DNA of 64,000 nucleotides from Lytechinus pictus (taxonomy: Eukaryota), in NCBI RefSeq assembly GCF_037042905.1, contig NC_087245.1, positions 14,386,001 through 14,450,000 of the forward strand, given 5' to 3'. Position numbers and translations under genes: made by a program. Shown here piece after piece: positions 12,339-24,954 of this stretch (within the stretch, counting starts at the first letter, position 1; each line of letters opens with the position of its first letter). The notes beneath the pieces were generated by a model. That model was not told the DNA's origin, ran no database searches, and saw only the letters and a list, made by a program, of their open reading frames with translations.

Positions 12339-14149
12339 CACATATCATGATTGATTTGAAATACGTTTACTTATAGCGAAAAAAAAAGAAAAGAAGCGAT
12401 TTCTTTAAATGAATATAGGACATTTTTCTGAAGATCTGAAGAAATTCATGCATGCCATCCCCGGGGCAAGCTCGTTCGTAGGCAAACACAGACCCTATGG
12501 GTCTTAAGACGAGTCCAGCACCAATTTCATACACACTGGTCAGTGGTCAATAATTAATTCCCAAGTAGGCTTAAAATTCAAACCCCTTAATTGTTAAAGA
12601 AAACGAATATCCGGGGTTGTACTTCAAGCTATACTAATGAGTCACGTTACCAAGTAGCGTTCGTTCTCAACCGAGTGGAAATTCAAAGTGATAAGGAAAT
12701 GATTATTGACCTGATAGAACAGCTATAATTATACGCATTAGATTTAATTCACAGTAAATGGTGACCTTGTGTCGGATGGTAGCCTACTCATGATTATACC
12801 ATAGAGCTATTAATAGCTCCATGATTATACAAGAACGTAAGTTTTTCTTATGGTCAGACCACTGACATCACACCTATAATAAAAATGTGGTTTCCATGTG
12901 TGCTTTCAACTTGAACGTAATTATTTATTTATTTATTCAACATATTTATACAGGATTAATTTAAAGAAACAATTATCGATGCAGCAAGGCTGTTTTCATC
13001 GATGTCATGTTAAAAGACATCTATACATGCATACAAATCATTTCCAATTATAACAATAGAGATCTAAAAAATAAAGTAAAGTATATATGAAGTAAAAAGC
13101 TTAAGTAGATTCAAAGAGGATTATGTCAGAGCAGTATCAGGTTAAAAATAAGAAAAGGACAACATACAAAGCACATGTGCGACCAAATACGCACTCTTGA
13201 TAACACGCACCGTCACTCAACATTAAACACACCCTCCTTTCTCTCACCCCCCCCCCCTCTCTCTCTCTCTCTCTGCACCCCCGCCTTCCTCGTTCTCCCA
13301 ATCTCATCCTCAGTCACACGTAAGACACTCCCATACTCAATCAATGGATTCTCAACAAAAACATTCAAAATCAACCACACACATAAGACCTCAGCGGTTT
13401 AATAAAGTTATGAAAAAAAAAACTTAAGATGAGTGGAGAAAAATATGAGGATTGTTGATCAGGGGAATCTCACCTAAAACAAATAATAGCAGATTAGTAG
13501 ATTAGTATTATTTGTGATACATGAAGGCATTTTGCAGTTGCAATTGCTTTCAACGCTTACCGAGATTTGTAGTTCGTAAAAGTTTGAATTGTGTAGCCTA
13601 TCCCCGCGAAAGTTCTCGTAATTTTGACAAGTACCTACTATTTAGTGGGTTCCTTTTTGGGGGGAGAATACGCGTAATTTGCTTTCATTCTTGCCAATAT
13701 TACCTGGTATTTCCCGATAAGAAAATACCTGGAACTGACGAACTTCGAGGCGGTCTAAAACCACCTTTTGTATAAGTTTGAAAATTTGTGCTATCTTTTT
13801 TGGTTAGAGATTTCCAGGATACATTCTTAAATCACATGAGAGATAAGATCATGCAGCGGATGGCTTAATGTCCAATTGTCAAGCGTAATTTGCAAGGGAT
13901 TTCATGCAGTAAGTGGGTTATTTGGCACAATAGGTCCATGTTTGGCATGGGTTTCATTTAGAAATGAAGACAACAAGGACTAGGGCTCGTTGTCTGAAAA
14001 AAGTGCTATAAATTGCAAGAAAACTCTTTATTGGTGCATTATGCGTTATTAGGCATTGTACTTCTTGCAATTGAAGGGGTTTCTTTAACATCTTTCCTTC
14101 TGTTATCACGGATGCTTTTCTTTACGTACATCAGGAATCTGTTAGGAAG

Positions 14150-15220
14150 CAGGGGCGGATCCAGCTTTCGCCAATAGGGGGGGGGGGGGGGGGGCCGAAA
14201 AATATTTTCATCAACATTTTTCTCGATTGGCCGCTATAATCTGATTTTTTGTTGGTTTTTCAGGGGGAAGTCCTAAGTAAAGACTGAAGTTTTAAGGTAT
14301 ATGTCAGTTTTTATTGTTATAAACAAGATAAGGTATCTCATGTGGTTATATAATGCGAGCGCAAAGTGCGAGCTCAAATTCTTTGATATTTTATGTTCTT
14401 AGACCTGAAGATTCTGAGGAGATTTTATAATCATGAAATAAGATAAGTATCCAACTAAACAATGCAAGCGCGAGTCGAAATTTTATTATAGTAACGTGAA
14501 AAGGGACTCGATGAGGACCGTTTTTTAGTAATTAATGAAGAGGATATAAGTATCACCAATTAAATAATGAGAGTGCGAAGCGCGAGCTCAACATTTTTGA
14601 TATTCCGACCTGAAAACTGGACAGTCTAAGCGCGTTTTTATTTAAATAAAGAACAAGCTGTGTGTCTCAAACAATTAAATGCGAGCGCGAAGCACGAGCT
14701 TAATTTTTTGATATACTGACATGATAAAGGAGCATTTTGACAAATTTTGGTAAGAATTTCCAAAGAGTATAGGTAACTCACAAATCAAACAATGCGAGCG
14801 CGCAGCGCGAGCTGAAAATTTTGATATATATAAACAATTTGTGTAAATCAAACAAAATAATGAAAGCTTGATGTGCGAGCTAAAATATTGTGTGCAAATT
14901 GATTTCAGAACTGAATATATATGTGCCATTTAATCCTCTTGAATGGGATTCATTACACAGGCAATGCGAGCGCGAAGCGCCAGCGAACATTTTTATATAA
15001 AGTCTATTTTCCAATTCTTCCCCTCACCTTTTTCTTGTTTCCTTTCGGGGTCGGGCCAGCCGTTACGAGGCTGTAAATTACCCATCATGGGTATGATACC
15101 TCTTTCTTTTCTTTCTGTTTTTCATAGTTTCTATCAAGTCAAAGTGTACACTTTTTTCTGCAGGTTGTCAAAAAATAGGGGGGCCGGGGCCGGCTCGGCC
15201 CCCTCATGGATCCGCGCCTG
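14150..15220. mobile_element. GCGGATCC-family non-autonomous DNA element (~1.07 kb)
   Basis: Termini CAGGGGCGGATCCA / TGGATCCGCGCCTG; flanking 5-bp repeat ggaag; near-colinear second copy at 37259-38299. Confidence 0.85.
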
Positions 15221-15349
15221 GGAAGGATAATAGTAACAATAATAATAACGGTATATTCACCCAGGGTATACCCACTTCAGTTCCGTTCACTCCCAGCGGG
15301 CCCTGCTATTATGTTTAGGAATATACCCGCCTAGTACCAGCCCATGTCT

Positions 15350-16070
15350 GGTTGTTTGTTTGCTTTATTTTTCACCATGCATAACAAGAAATAAATTGAC
15401 AGAATATAATGATACATGGATAATAATAATACACAGTAGGAACTAAGCATAAACAAATAAGTGTTTGAAGTGCGGGACCCTTAAATAACATCGTGTGTAT
15501 AAGTAACTCGTTTAACTAAAACATGTCTCGAAATAAGCATTCATAAAAACCAGAACAAAATTAAATTAATACAATAACTAAAATAATGCTCCTAAAGCAT
15601 ATTAAGATATGGACATCATTATTTGGAGTATTTGGAGAGACATAAATCCTTTATCCCGGGCCTTTATCCTTTTTGAATGATAAAATATTGTTACAAATTG
15701 GTATATTAAAAGGTAGTGAATTACAAATGTTAGGTCCTACATATTTTATTGATTTATGAGCTAAGGCACTTCTTGGAGTGAATAAATGAAAACCAAAATA
15801 TGTCTAGTTGGATAGCTATAAATGTCTCTATTCAAAGTAAAATCATCATGAAATTATAAAGGTAACTAATTTTAATTCAAGTGATTCATTATGAATATCA
15901 GTAACTTTCAATGTTTTCAGTCTATACAAAATAAAGGATCAGCATGTGCAAAATATCCCGACCCAGTACAAAGCCGCACGGCTCTCTTTCGTAATCTTAA
16001 AATGCAATCTGTATTTACTTTCTTGTAATTGACCTATGCTATATTGCAATATGAAATCCTAGAGTGAATG
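15350..16070 (-). mobile_element. Decayed 3' fragment of a CR1-group LINE
   Basis: The minus strand encodes YCNIA*...LRLRKRAVRL...AHADPLF, a typical post-RT motif, with stops. Confidence 0.7.
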
Positions 16071-16482
16071 AATGAATTCACGTGACGAGCCGACGATAAG
16101 ATTCATTAATGTCTTCCAATACAGACATGTTCATTTGGCGACAGTTTCTCGGACCAACAAGATAAAAGTCTAACTTGGCTTGTCCAGTTAATCATGCATT
16201 GTGCGTTACTACGTTTAGTGGGCATAAAATGTATCTGCAAAGAGAATTAATAACTATAATTCGAGTAACATTAAAAGTTGATTACCTAAGATTCACGCAA
16301 GAACGCACATTATAGGCCTACACGCACAGTGAGTGAGCTCTAAAATAGCACGAATTGTCAGAAAATGCTGCAATTTATCAATATTGTAAGTAGTTAAAAA
16401 GTTGTTTATGTCTTTTTTTACGATTCTTTCATATTATGTTGGCATGAATATATCACAAGGGCTTCCTTTTGGTCTCCATAAC

Positions 16483-17159
16483 CAGAGGCATCGTTCCGGG
16501 GGGGGGGGGGCGATCGCCCCACCAATGAAAATATTGGGGGCAAACATAATTCCGTATGTGCAAAAATAAAATAAGATTGTAATGCTACACAGATATCGGC
16601 AAGCGAGATCGAGATACACAACTCGTTCTTTATTTAAAATCGTGCTCAAGATGTCCGCTTTTCAGATTGGAATATAAGAATTTTCAGCTCGCGCTTCGCG
16701 CTCGCATCATTTCTATAGCAAAATCCCATACTTTTCATGATTAAATATATAGGTGAATAGAATGTCCCGTTTTTAGTTCTCAATCTCAAAAGAACTCCCG
16801 CTTCGATTTGCAATAATCGTTTATTGGATATACATCTTGTTCTGTATTAAAAACGTCATTTAAATTGTCAATTTTTTAAGATCAAAATATCAAAATTTTT
16901 AGCTCGTGAGCTTCGCGCTCGCATTCATTGTTATTTTAGATACCCATCTTAATCATTTTTGCCAAAATGCTTAGAATATCAAACTTTCAGGTCAGCATTT
17001 AAAGAAATTTCAGCTCGCTCTCTGCACTCGCATTATCCGTTAGTGAGGTATGTATCCTCCTCATGAGTTACTACAAACAGTCCAAAACAGGTACCCTTTT
17101 CCTGTTTTCAGGTTAGTATACTAAAAAAATTCATATATATATATATGTCATATATAGAC

Positions 17160-17219
<60 letters not shown>

Positions 17220-17231
17220 CATACATAGGCA

Positions 17232-17306
<75 letters not shown>

Positions 17307-17443
17307 TATGTGTATGTGTGTGTGTATGTGGGTTGGTGAGTGTGTGTGCGTGAGTTAGTTTGTTTTGTGTGATCGAGCGCCTTTGGAACGTTGATTCATG
17401 ATTTGCCCCCCCCCCCCATCTGAAAAATGGATCGACGCCCCTG
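16483..17443. mobile_element. hAT-like non-autonomous element containing a (TA)n/(TG)n microsatellite (17133-17350)
   Basis: Termini CAGAGGCATCGTTCC / GGATCGACGCCCCTG; 8-bp TSD tccataac / tccgtaac; inverted relative at 53682-58500. Confidence 0.85.
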
Positions 17444-18600
17444 TCCGTAACTAATTTGAAATTTACAATAGAAATTGATCCAAAACGATGCTTATCGCCT
17501 CTTCAGAAACCAGTCGCCTCCGACATGGAATGTCAAATCCCCATGGAATGCTTTGTCAATGATTGGGATTCTTTTGTATTCCCTATATAATTTTGTATTC
17601 AATTTAGAAAAGAAAAATGTTGTTAATAAAAGAATATGCAAATTGATTACCAATGAAAATAAGGAAGTAACAACACATGAGGATATTACATCAGAAATTG
17701 TTTCTTTTTATTCACAACTATATGAAAGGCACCCTGTTATAAATATTGATTTAAATGCAATGATAAACAAAGATGAACTAAATAAATTAACAAATGCTAT
17801 GTCACGGAATTTAGAAGGAGAGCTCTCCACCGACGAGGTTTATTATGCCCTAACAAATATGAAAAACAATAAATCTCCTGGTCTAGATGGATTCACTGTT
17901 GAATTTTTTAAACATTTTTGGAAGGAAATCCATATATTTTTAGTTAGATATTTAAACTATTCATTTTTATCTGGTATGCCTTACATACAGAAGTTAGGAG
18001 TTATTACTTTAATCCCCAAAGGAAGTAAAGATAGACACTATTTAAAAAATTGGAGACCCATATCATTATTAAATGTTGTATACAAAATAGGATCTACTTG
18101 TATAGCTATTACATTGAAGAATGTACTCCCTCTTCTTATTCATGAGAATCAGAAAGGGTTTATGTCCGGACGCTTTATCGGAGAAAACATCCGCTTGTTA
18201 TATGATATATTATTATATACTGAATTAAACGATATTCCCGGTTTATTGTTACTTATAGATTTTGAGAAGGCATTCGATTCAATTTCTCATGACTTTATTC
18301 GCAATGTACTACACTTCTTTAAATTTGGTCCGACCATTGTTAAATGGTTTGATGTGTTTTATGAAAATGCTCAATCTTGTGTTTTAATCAATGGAAACCT
18401 ATGAGGCGCCGAATGTACCAATATTATATAGAACAATTATTTGTTATATAATCATTATTTATTAAATAATAACTATTATTTATATATAATTTACATTTTA
18501 TTTGTAAATAACTACTATTATATAAAATAACATTTCTAATTATTTATATATAATTCCAAGTAATACTTCATTATTTGTAAATAATAATAGTTCGACATTC

Positions 18601-18990
18601 CATTATTTATAAATAATGATTATTTGTTTTTCATTATTTATAAATAATGATTATTTGTTTTTCATTATTTATAAATAATGATCATTTGTTTTTCATTATT
18701 TATAAATAATGATTATTTGTTTTTCATTATTTATATATAATGATTATTTGTTTTTCATTATTTACAAATAATGATTATTTGTTTTTCATTATTTATAAAT
18801 AATGATTATTTGTTTTTCATTATTTATAAATAATGATTATTTGTTTTTCATTATTTATAAATAATGATTATTTGTTTTTCATTATTTATAAATAATGATT
18901 ATTTGTTTTTCATTATTTACAAATAATGATTATTTGTTTTTCATTATTTATAAATAATGATTATTTGTTTTTCATTATTTATAAATAATT
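18601..18990. repeat. 31-bp minisatellite, ~12.5 copies, left arm of the foldback
   Basis: Unit cattatttataaataatgattatttgttttt; each unit carries the 20-bp palindrome tcattatttataaataatga. Confidence 0.95.
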
Positions 18991-20531
18991 TGTTGAGTTT
19001 TCCATTATTTATAAATAATGATTATTTGTTAAATAATGAAAACGTCTACTTCATTATTTATAAATAATTTTTTCGAGTGCACCATTATTCTCATTATTTA
19101 TAAATAATCATTATTTAATGTTCGAGTTTTCCATTATTTATAAATAAAGATTATTTGTTAAATAATGAAATATCTACTTCATTATTTATAAATAATAATT
19201 TTGTTTCAATATCCCATTATTTATAAATAATCATTATTTATAAACAATTTTTACAGTTTGCCATTATATACAAATAATCATTATTTATATACAAATAACC
19301 ATTATTTATTAAATAATGCCATTATTTATTAAATAATGGAAAACTCGCTATAACATGCAAATGTGTTTACGCGCGTCCTGCTCCCCCCAACCCCCCCCCC
19401 CCCCCGGAAAAAATTCTGCGTAAGGCCATGATGATAATGAGATAAAAATAATGAAAATGAAGTATACATAAATCAATGTGCCAGGCTCTTTAGAGCATGG
19501 CCGTATACAGAATTTCTTTCGGAGGAGGGGGGGGGGGAAGCAGACGCGTAAACGTTCTCAAGTTGAAAGCGACACAGCGAAGCGACCAAGCTTGTCATTT
19601 GGGCACTTTTTGGAGTTTTAAAAGTGAAATACGAAGGCTTTCGTGCACACTTTTGGTGAATTTTGTGATAATTTTCAATAGAAAAATAAGTTTTAAAAAA
19701 ATTAGGGGTCATCATGCCCCCGTATTGTCGTTGCGAGCATTTTGGGGCCAGGGTGAAATCGCCCCAAACGCCTCAAACAGACACTCCAAAATGTATTTGA
19801 AGTGCATTATTAGAACTGAAACTTATCTCTACACCAGGAAAAATTAACTTAACAAAAAAAGCAACAAGAAATATTTATAAAAAGTAGAAGGGCCTGTACA
19901 AGTACACTGATATTTCACTCTCTCAGCTCATATGCACTTGATCGACTTCCATCGAGGATTCGGGCTAAATTCCGCCCGCCACTTCCGGGGACCAACCAAC
20001 GTAGTATTTCGATGAAGAGCACTCCGTCGATTCACCGGTTGTCCCTACCGTACACGCGCGCCTATGGGGATTGTGAACTGTAGGAAAAATCGTATAAAAT
20101 TACACTTTTTGATATTTCTACGAAGACGAAGTTATATAGAAAATGAAGAATATTACAATCAGACCATATCCCTAGAAAATTGCTTCAAGAAATGTCATTA
20201 TGAAGAGGAAATGGACAAAAATTTGTGAAGAAAAATCACGAAAAAGGAAATCGCATCATGAATATTCATATCATGGGCGGTCCCACATTTGCATGTTATA
20301 GCGAGTTTTCCATTATTTAATAAATAATGGCATTATTTAATAAATAATGGCATTATTTAATAAATAATGGCATTATTTAATAAATAATGGTTATTTGTAT
20401 ATAAATAATGATTATTTGTATATAATGGCAAACTGTAAAAATTGTTTATAAATAATGATTATTTATAAATAATGGGATATTGAAACAAAATTATTATTTA
20501 TAAATAATGAAGTAGATATTTCATTATTTAA

Positions 20532-21115
20532 AGGAGAATGAAACCCTTGAAACCAGCTGAATCCATATCAAAGAGAAAAATCAAAGAAACATATTGTTGA
20601 AAGTTTGAGGAAGATTGGATAAATAATAAGAAAGTTATGAGCATTTGAATATTGAGATCACTAATGCCATGTAGATCCTCCTATTGGCAATGCGACCAAG
20701 ATCTGTGATGTCACCCACGTACAACTCCCTCATTACTTTAGTACTTATTTCACTTATATTCTCACTTTTATAGAGTCTATCACAAGGTGAGGTGTTCTCT
20801 TTATGAGAGGACAAGTACAGAGGTTTCACAACATTATATCATTGATGAATCGTTTGTCATATGATTAGAATGAGCAAAAAGAGATGTTTTGGGGTATATT
20901 TTCAGTGTCCAAAAGGGGAGAGTTGTTCATCTGTGACATCATAGATCTTGGTCGCATTGCCAATGGGAGGATCTCCATAGCATTAGTGATCTCGACATTC
21001 AAATGCTCATAACTCTTCTATTGCTAGTCCTATTATACTCAAACTTTTGTTGATCTTATTCTTTGATTTGTCTGCTTTCACAAAAGCTAACTTGCTCCAA
21101 GAGTTTCATTCTCCT
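20532..21115. mobile_element. Kolobok-type MITE inserted in the right arm of the foldback
   Basis: TTAA|AGGAGAATGAAAC...GTTTCATTCTCCT|TTAA; ~180-bp imperfect inverted repeats; the left arm has a single TTAA at the mirror site (~19158). Confidence 0.88.
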
Positions 21116-21286
21116 TTAACAAATAATCTTTATTTATAAATAATGGAAAACTCGAACATTAAATAATGATTATTTATAAATAATGAGAATAATGGTGCAC
21201 TCGAAAAAATTATTTATAAATAATGAAGTAGACGTTTTCATTATTTAACAAATAATCATTATTTATAAATAATGGAAAACTCAACA

Positions 21287-21676
21287 AATTATTTATAAAT
21301 AATGAAAAACAAATAATCATTATTTATAAATAATGAAAAACAAATAATCATTATTTATAAATAATGAAAAACAAATAATCATTATTTATAAAGAATGAAA
21401 AACAAATAATCATTATTTATAAATAATGAAAAACAAATAATAATTATTTATAAATAATGAAAAACAAATAATCATTATTTATAAATAATGAAAAACAAAT
21501 AATCATTATTTGTAAATAATGAAAAACAAATAATCATTATATATAAATAATGAAAAACAAATAATCATTATTTATAAATAATGAAAAACAAATAATCATT
21601 ATTTATAAATAATGAAAAACAAATAATCATTATTTATAGATAATGAAAAACAAATAATCATTATTTATAAATAATG
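21287..21676. repeat. 31-bp minisatellite, inverted copy, right arm of the foldback
   Basis: Reverse complement of 18601-18990 with the same copy number. Confidence 0.95.
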
Positions 21677-24301
21677 GAATGTCGAACTATTATTATTTAC
21701 AAATAATGAAGTATTACTTGGAATTATATATAAATAATTAGAAATGATATTTTATATAATAGTAGTTATTTACAAATAAAATGTAAATTATATATAAATA
21801 ATAGTTATTATTTAATAAATAATGATTATATAACAAATAATTGTTCTATATAATATTGGTACATTCGGCGCCTCATAGAAACCTGTCTCCCAGATTTTCA
21901 ATAGAGCGGGGCTGTCGCCAAGGAGATCCATTGTCTCCATATATTTTTCTATTATGTGCTGAAATACTTGGCGTTTTGTTTCGACAATCAACGTCAATAG
22001 ATGGTTTGAGGATGCCCTCTGGTAAATGTCATAAAATATTACAGTATGCAGATGACACTCTTCTGACATTAAACGGTTCAGAAAGAGAATTGAGTAGTGC
22101 TTTTGACATCTTGGAAAAATATAAAACAATATCAGGTTTGACTGTTAATATAACCAAGACACATGCAATATGGATTGGAGGATATAAGAACAAGAAAGAC
22201 TGTATTCTTGCCAATAGGAATTTGAATTGGGTATTTGATGAATACTTCAGATATTTAGGTATAGATTTTTGTACAGATCTTCAGAAAATGACGGTGCATA
22301 ATTACAATGAAAAGTTTAAAGAGATCAAAGGTCAAATGACTTCATGGTTAAGACGTTACCTGACGGTCCTGGGAAGAGTTACGGTTGTCAAGTCATTGTT
22401 TGTGTCTAAATTGAACTACTTAATTCTTTCTCTCCCGAATCCAAGTGAGTTATTTCTAAAAGATGTAAATTCCCAATTTCATAGATTCATATGGGGAGAG
22501 AAACCAGATAAAGTAAGTAGAAATCAAATGTCTCAGAGTTATTCTGAAGGTGGAGTAAAAATGATAGACATAAATCTGCATTGCCAGTCATTGAAAATTT
22601 CTTGGATGAAAAAAAATGATAAACGGTTCCATTGACGGTAATATTATTTGTCTTCTTCAGTCTTTTTTGCATAAAACGCAAAACTTGGATCTTTATATGG
22701 GAAATAGCTATTTTTTTAGACTGGCACACGAAATTAAAAATCCCTTTTGGAAAGAAATGTTCTTAGCTTATAGCACACTGTTATCTATGCACTGTAATGA
22801 TATACCTTGCCAACCCTTATGGAATAATGATTTTATCAAAATAGGTAATAGCTCAATTCACAGTAGATCTCTAAATAATAGGGGTGTTCGTTTTGTTAAT
22901 GATATTTTAGATGTACATGGCAATTTCCTCTCTTTGAATGACCTTAAGGAAAAATACAATGTTCAAATAAATTTTATTTTTTACCGTGGATTATGTGATG
23001 CTATAAGAGACGGTTTTAGCAATGGCACACACTTTAGCAAGTTCCAAGAACCTATTATCCCTGATACAATAGCACTTGTTATGAAATATAATAAAGGTTG
23101 TTCACACATCTATACGATTCTTAAAAAGAAAAGAAAAGTGGAATGTAAAAGTTTCCTTAAGTGGAAGTGTATATTCGATATGAATGACAAGCAATGGCAA
23201 TCGTATTGCTCTATTGGATTCAGTTGTACTACCGATGTGAATTTACGTTGGTTTCAGTTCAAAATAATGCAACATATTTTATATACAAATGAAATATTGT
23301 TTAAAATTAATTTAGCTCAACAAAAAGAATGTACTTTTTGTAATGTACACCGTGAAACAGTTACTCATCTACTTTGTGAATGTACATGTATTAAACATAT
23401 ATGGGACAGGTTTGAACAATGGATATTTCTTAAAACTGGAAATAAATTTTTTTTCTCTAATAAAGAAAAATTATTTGGTTTAAGAGGTTCAAGTAATTAT
23501 GCATTAAATTGTTTATTGATAGTGATACGACAGATGATCTATACTTCCAGAGTAAAACATCAATTACCTGTTTTTGATAATATCAAATTTGCACTTCAGA
23601 ATTATTTCAAGAATGAAAAATATATCGCAGAGTCAAATTGTAAAATGGTAAAGTTTACAAAGAAATGGTTTCAATTACGTGCCATGTTTACATGAAGTGA
23701 TCTGTTCAGTTCCCTTTCCATGTACAATGATACATATGAATATTATTGTTCATTTACTCCTTGCTTGTTCCTTAAATTGTTTACTATTATGTAAACCTGA
23801 CAGTTCAATTTATATATTTGTTACAATTACTGTTGTATTGTATTTCGTTGTTATTAATTTGATTTGTCATTGAAAAGATATCTTGTTATGTTTTGAATAA
23901 TAATAAAATCCCTGTGGAGGGGAAACAAATTGAAAAAAAAAAATAATAATAATTTTGTATTCCTATCATTCCTAACACATCCCTGCGTACATGAAGTAGA
24001 AGGGAATTCCGTAATCGATATGGTATAGTTCCTTTGGTTCCAGCCCGATAGTCCGCGGGTCTGTTAGTCCGCGGGTCCGATAGACCGCGGTGTGTGTAAA
24101 ATTATGATCAGGATATAGTGAGATCCAATGTCATCAAGAGGTCAAAACGCCAATGATACGAGTCCATGGGGTTCTATAACGATGACACAAAGGACAATCG
24201 CCCCTGTGACATCTTCTTCAAGGAAAATATTATCCCCATATTTTTATCGTCGGGGACTGTTACTCCCCCCCCCCCCCCGTAAATTTACACTCTAGACGCC
24301 A

Positions 24302-24954
24302 TACGGAGCCTTTAAATGCCATCGACTTGACGACATGGCGAGATACTTTATCTTGCCATATCGACTAAATAAACTTATTATGTCCGCATGGCGAGATATG
24401 TTATCCTGCCAAGTCGACTTAAACAAGTTATATGTCAACATGGCGATATATCGGGATTCTCGTCGGGACTTGTACACTTCATATCTCGCCATGTCGACAT
24501 ATCGACTTGACAAGATAAAATATATCGCCATGTCGAAATAATAAGCTTATTAATTACATAGGCGGCGGAAGCGGGGGGGACGGGGGGGGACCTGTCCCCC
24601 CTAAATTTGAGGTGGGGGGGGGGGACGGTCCCCCCTCAATTTTTAGTTGAGAACTTTTTTTTTTTTTTTGCTTGTCAATTTGTTTTCTACGTCTCCCCTA
24701 AATTCAGGTGGAACCCCCCTAAAGTTTTGGTTGATAACCTTTTTTTTTTTTTTTTTTATCTTGTCAAAAATTTTGGTGGTCCCTCCTAAAATTTTGCTTG
24801 ATTTGCTTGTCAATCTTTTTACCTGTGTCCATCCCAAAATTTCAGGTGAACCCCCCCTAAATTTTTGGCCTTCCGCCGCCAATGATTAATTAGACATGGC
24901 AAGATAAAGTTTCACGCCATGTCGTCACGTTGATGGCATTTTCAAGGCTCCGTA
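24302..24954. mobile_element. MITE with TAC...GTA termini (IS3EU-like) at the centre of the foldback
   Basis: ~60-bp inverted repeats tacggagcctt..aaatgccatc..gacgacatggcg / cgccatgtcgtc..gatggcattt..aaggctccgta; internal gacatggcg repeats; no TSD recovered. Confidence 0.7.
24557..24884. mobile_element. hAT-like MITE nested inside the 24302-24954 element
   Basis: Termini CATAGGCGGCGGAA / TTCCGCCGCCAATG; perfect 8-bp TSD attaatta (24549-24556, 24885-24892). Confidence 0.9.

Larger units (their letters stand above)
18400..21877. mobile_element. Foldback DNA element with ~965-bp inverted arms and an IS3EU-like signature
   Basis: TATGAGGCGCCGAATGTACC... / ...GGTACATTCGGCGCCTCATA; 6-bp TSD GAAACC (18394-18399, 21878-21883); removal restores the LINE frame INGNL-SPRF; arms 18400-19365 and 20284-21877. 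Confidence 0.92.
17601..23948 (+). mobile_element. 5'-truncated L1/Tx1-clade LINE (ORF2 RT and C-terminal CCHC), interrupted at 18400-21877
   Basis: NLEKK, KSPGLDG, NWRPISLLNV, QKGF, DFEKAFD | RGCRQGDPLSP, QYADD, CTFC...ETVTHLLCEC; frameshift in the A-run near 22615; AATAAA and poly-A tail; 14-bp TSD ataattttgtattc at 17587-17600 and 23949-23962. Confidence 0.93.

Noticed and set aside
17161..17358. 65-aa YI-repeat ORF
   Set aside because: (TA)n/(TG)n microsatellite inside a MITE.
17475..17600. N-terminal extension of the 309-aa RT ORF
   Set aside because: Lies outside the LINE TSD; chance open frame in flanking intron with a non-ATG start.
18601..18990. Regular 31-bp palindromic repeats suggesting a CRISPR array
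   Set aside because: Head-to-tail units with no unique spacers, no cas genes, eukaryotic context, and mirrored in a transposon arm.
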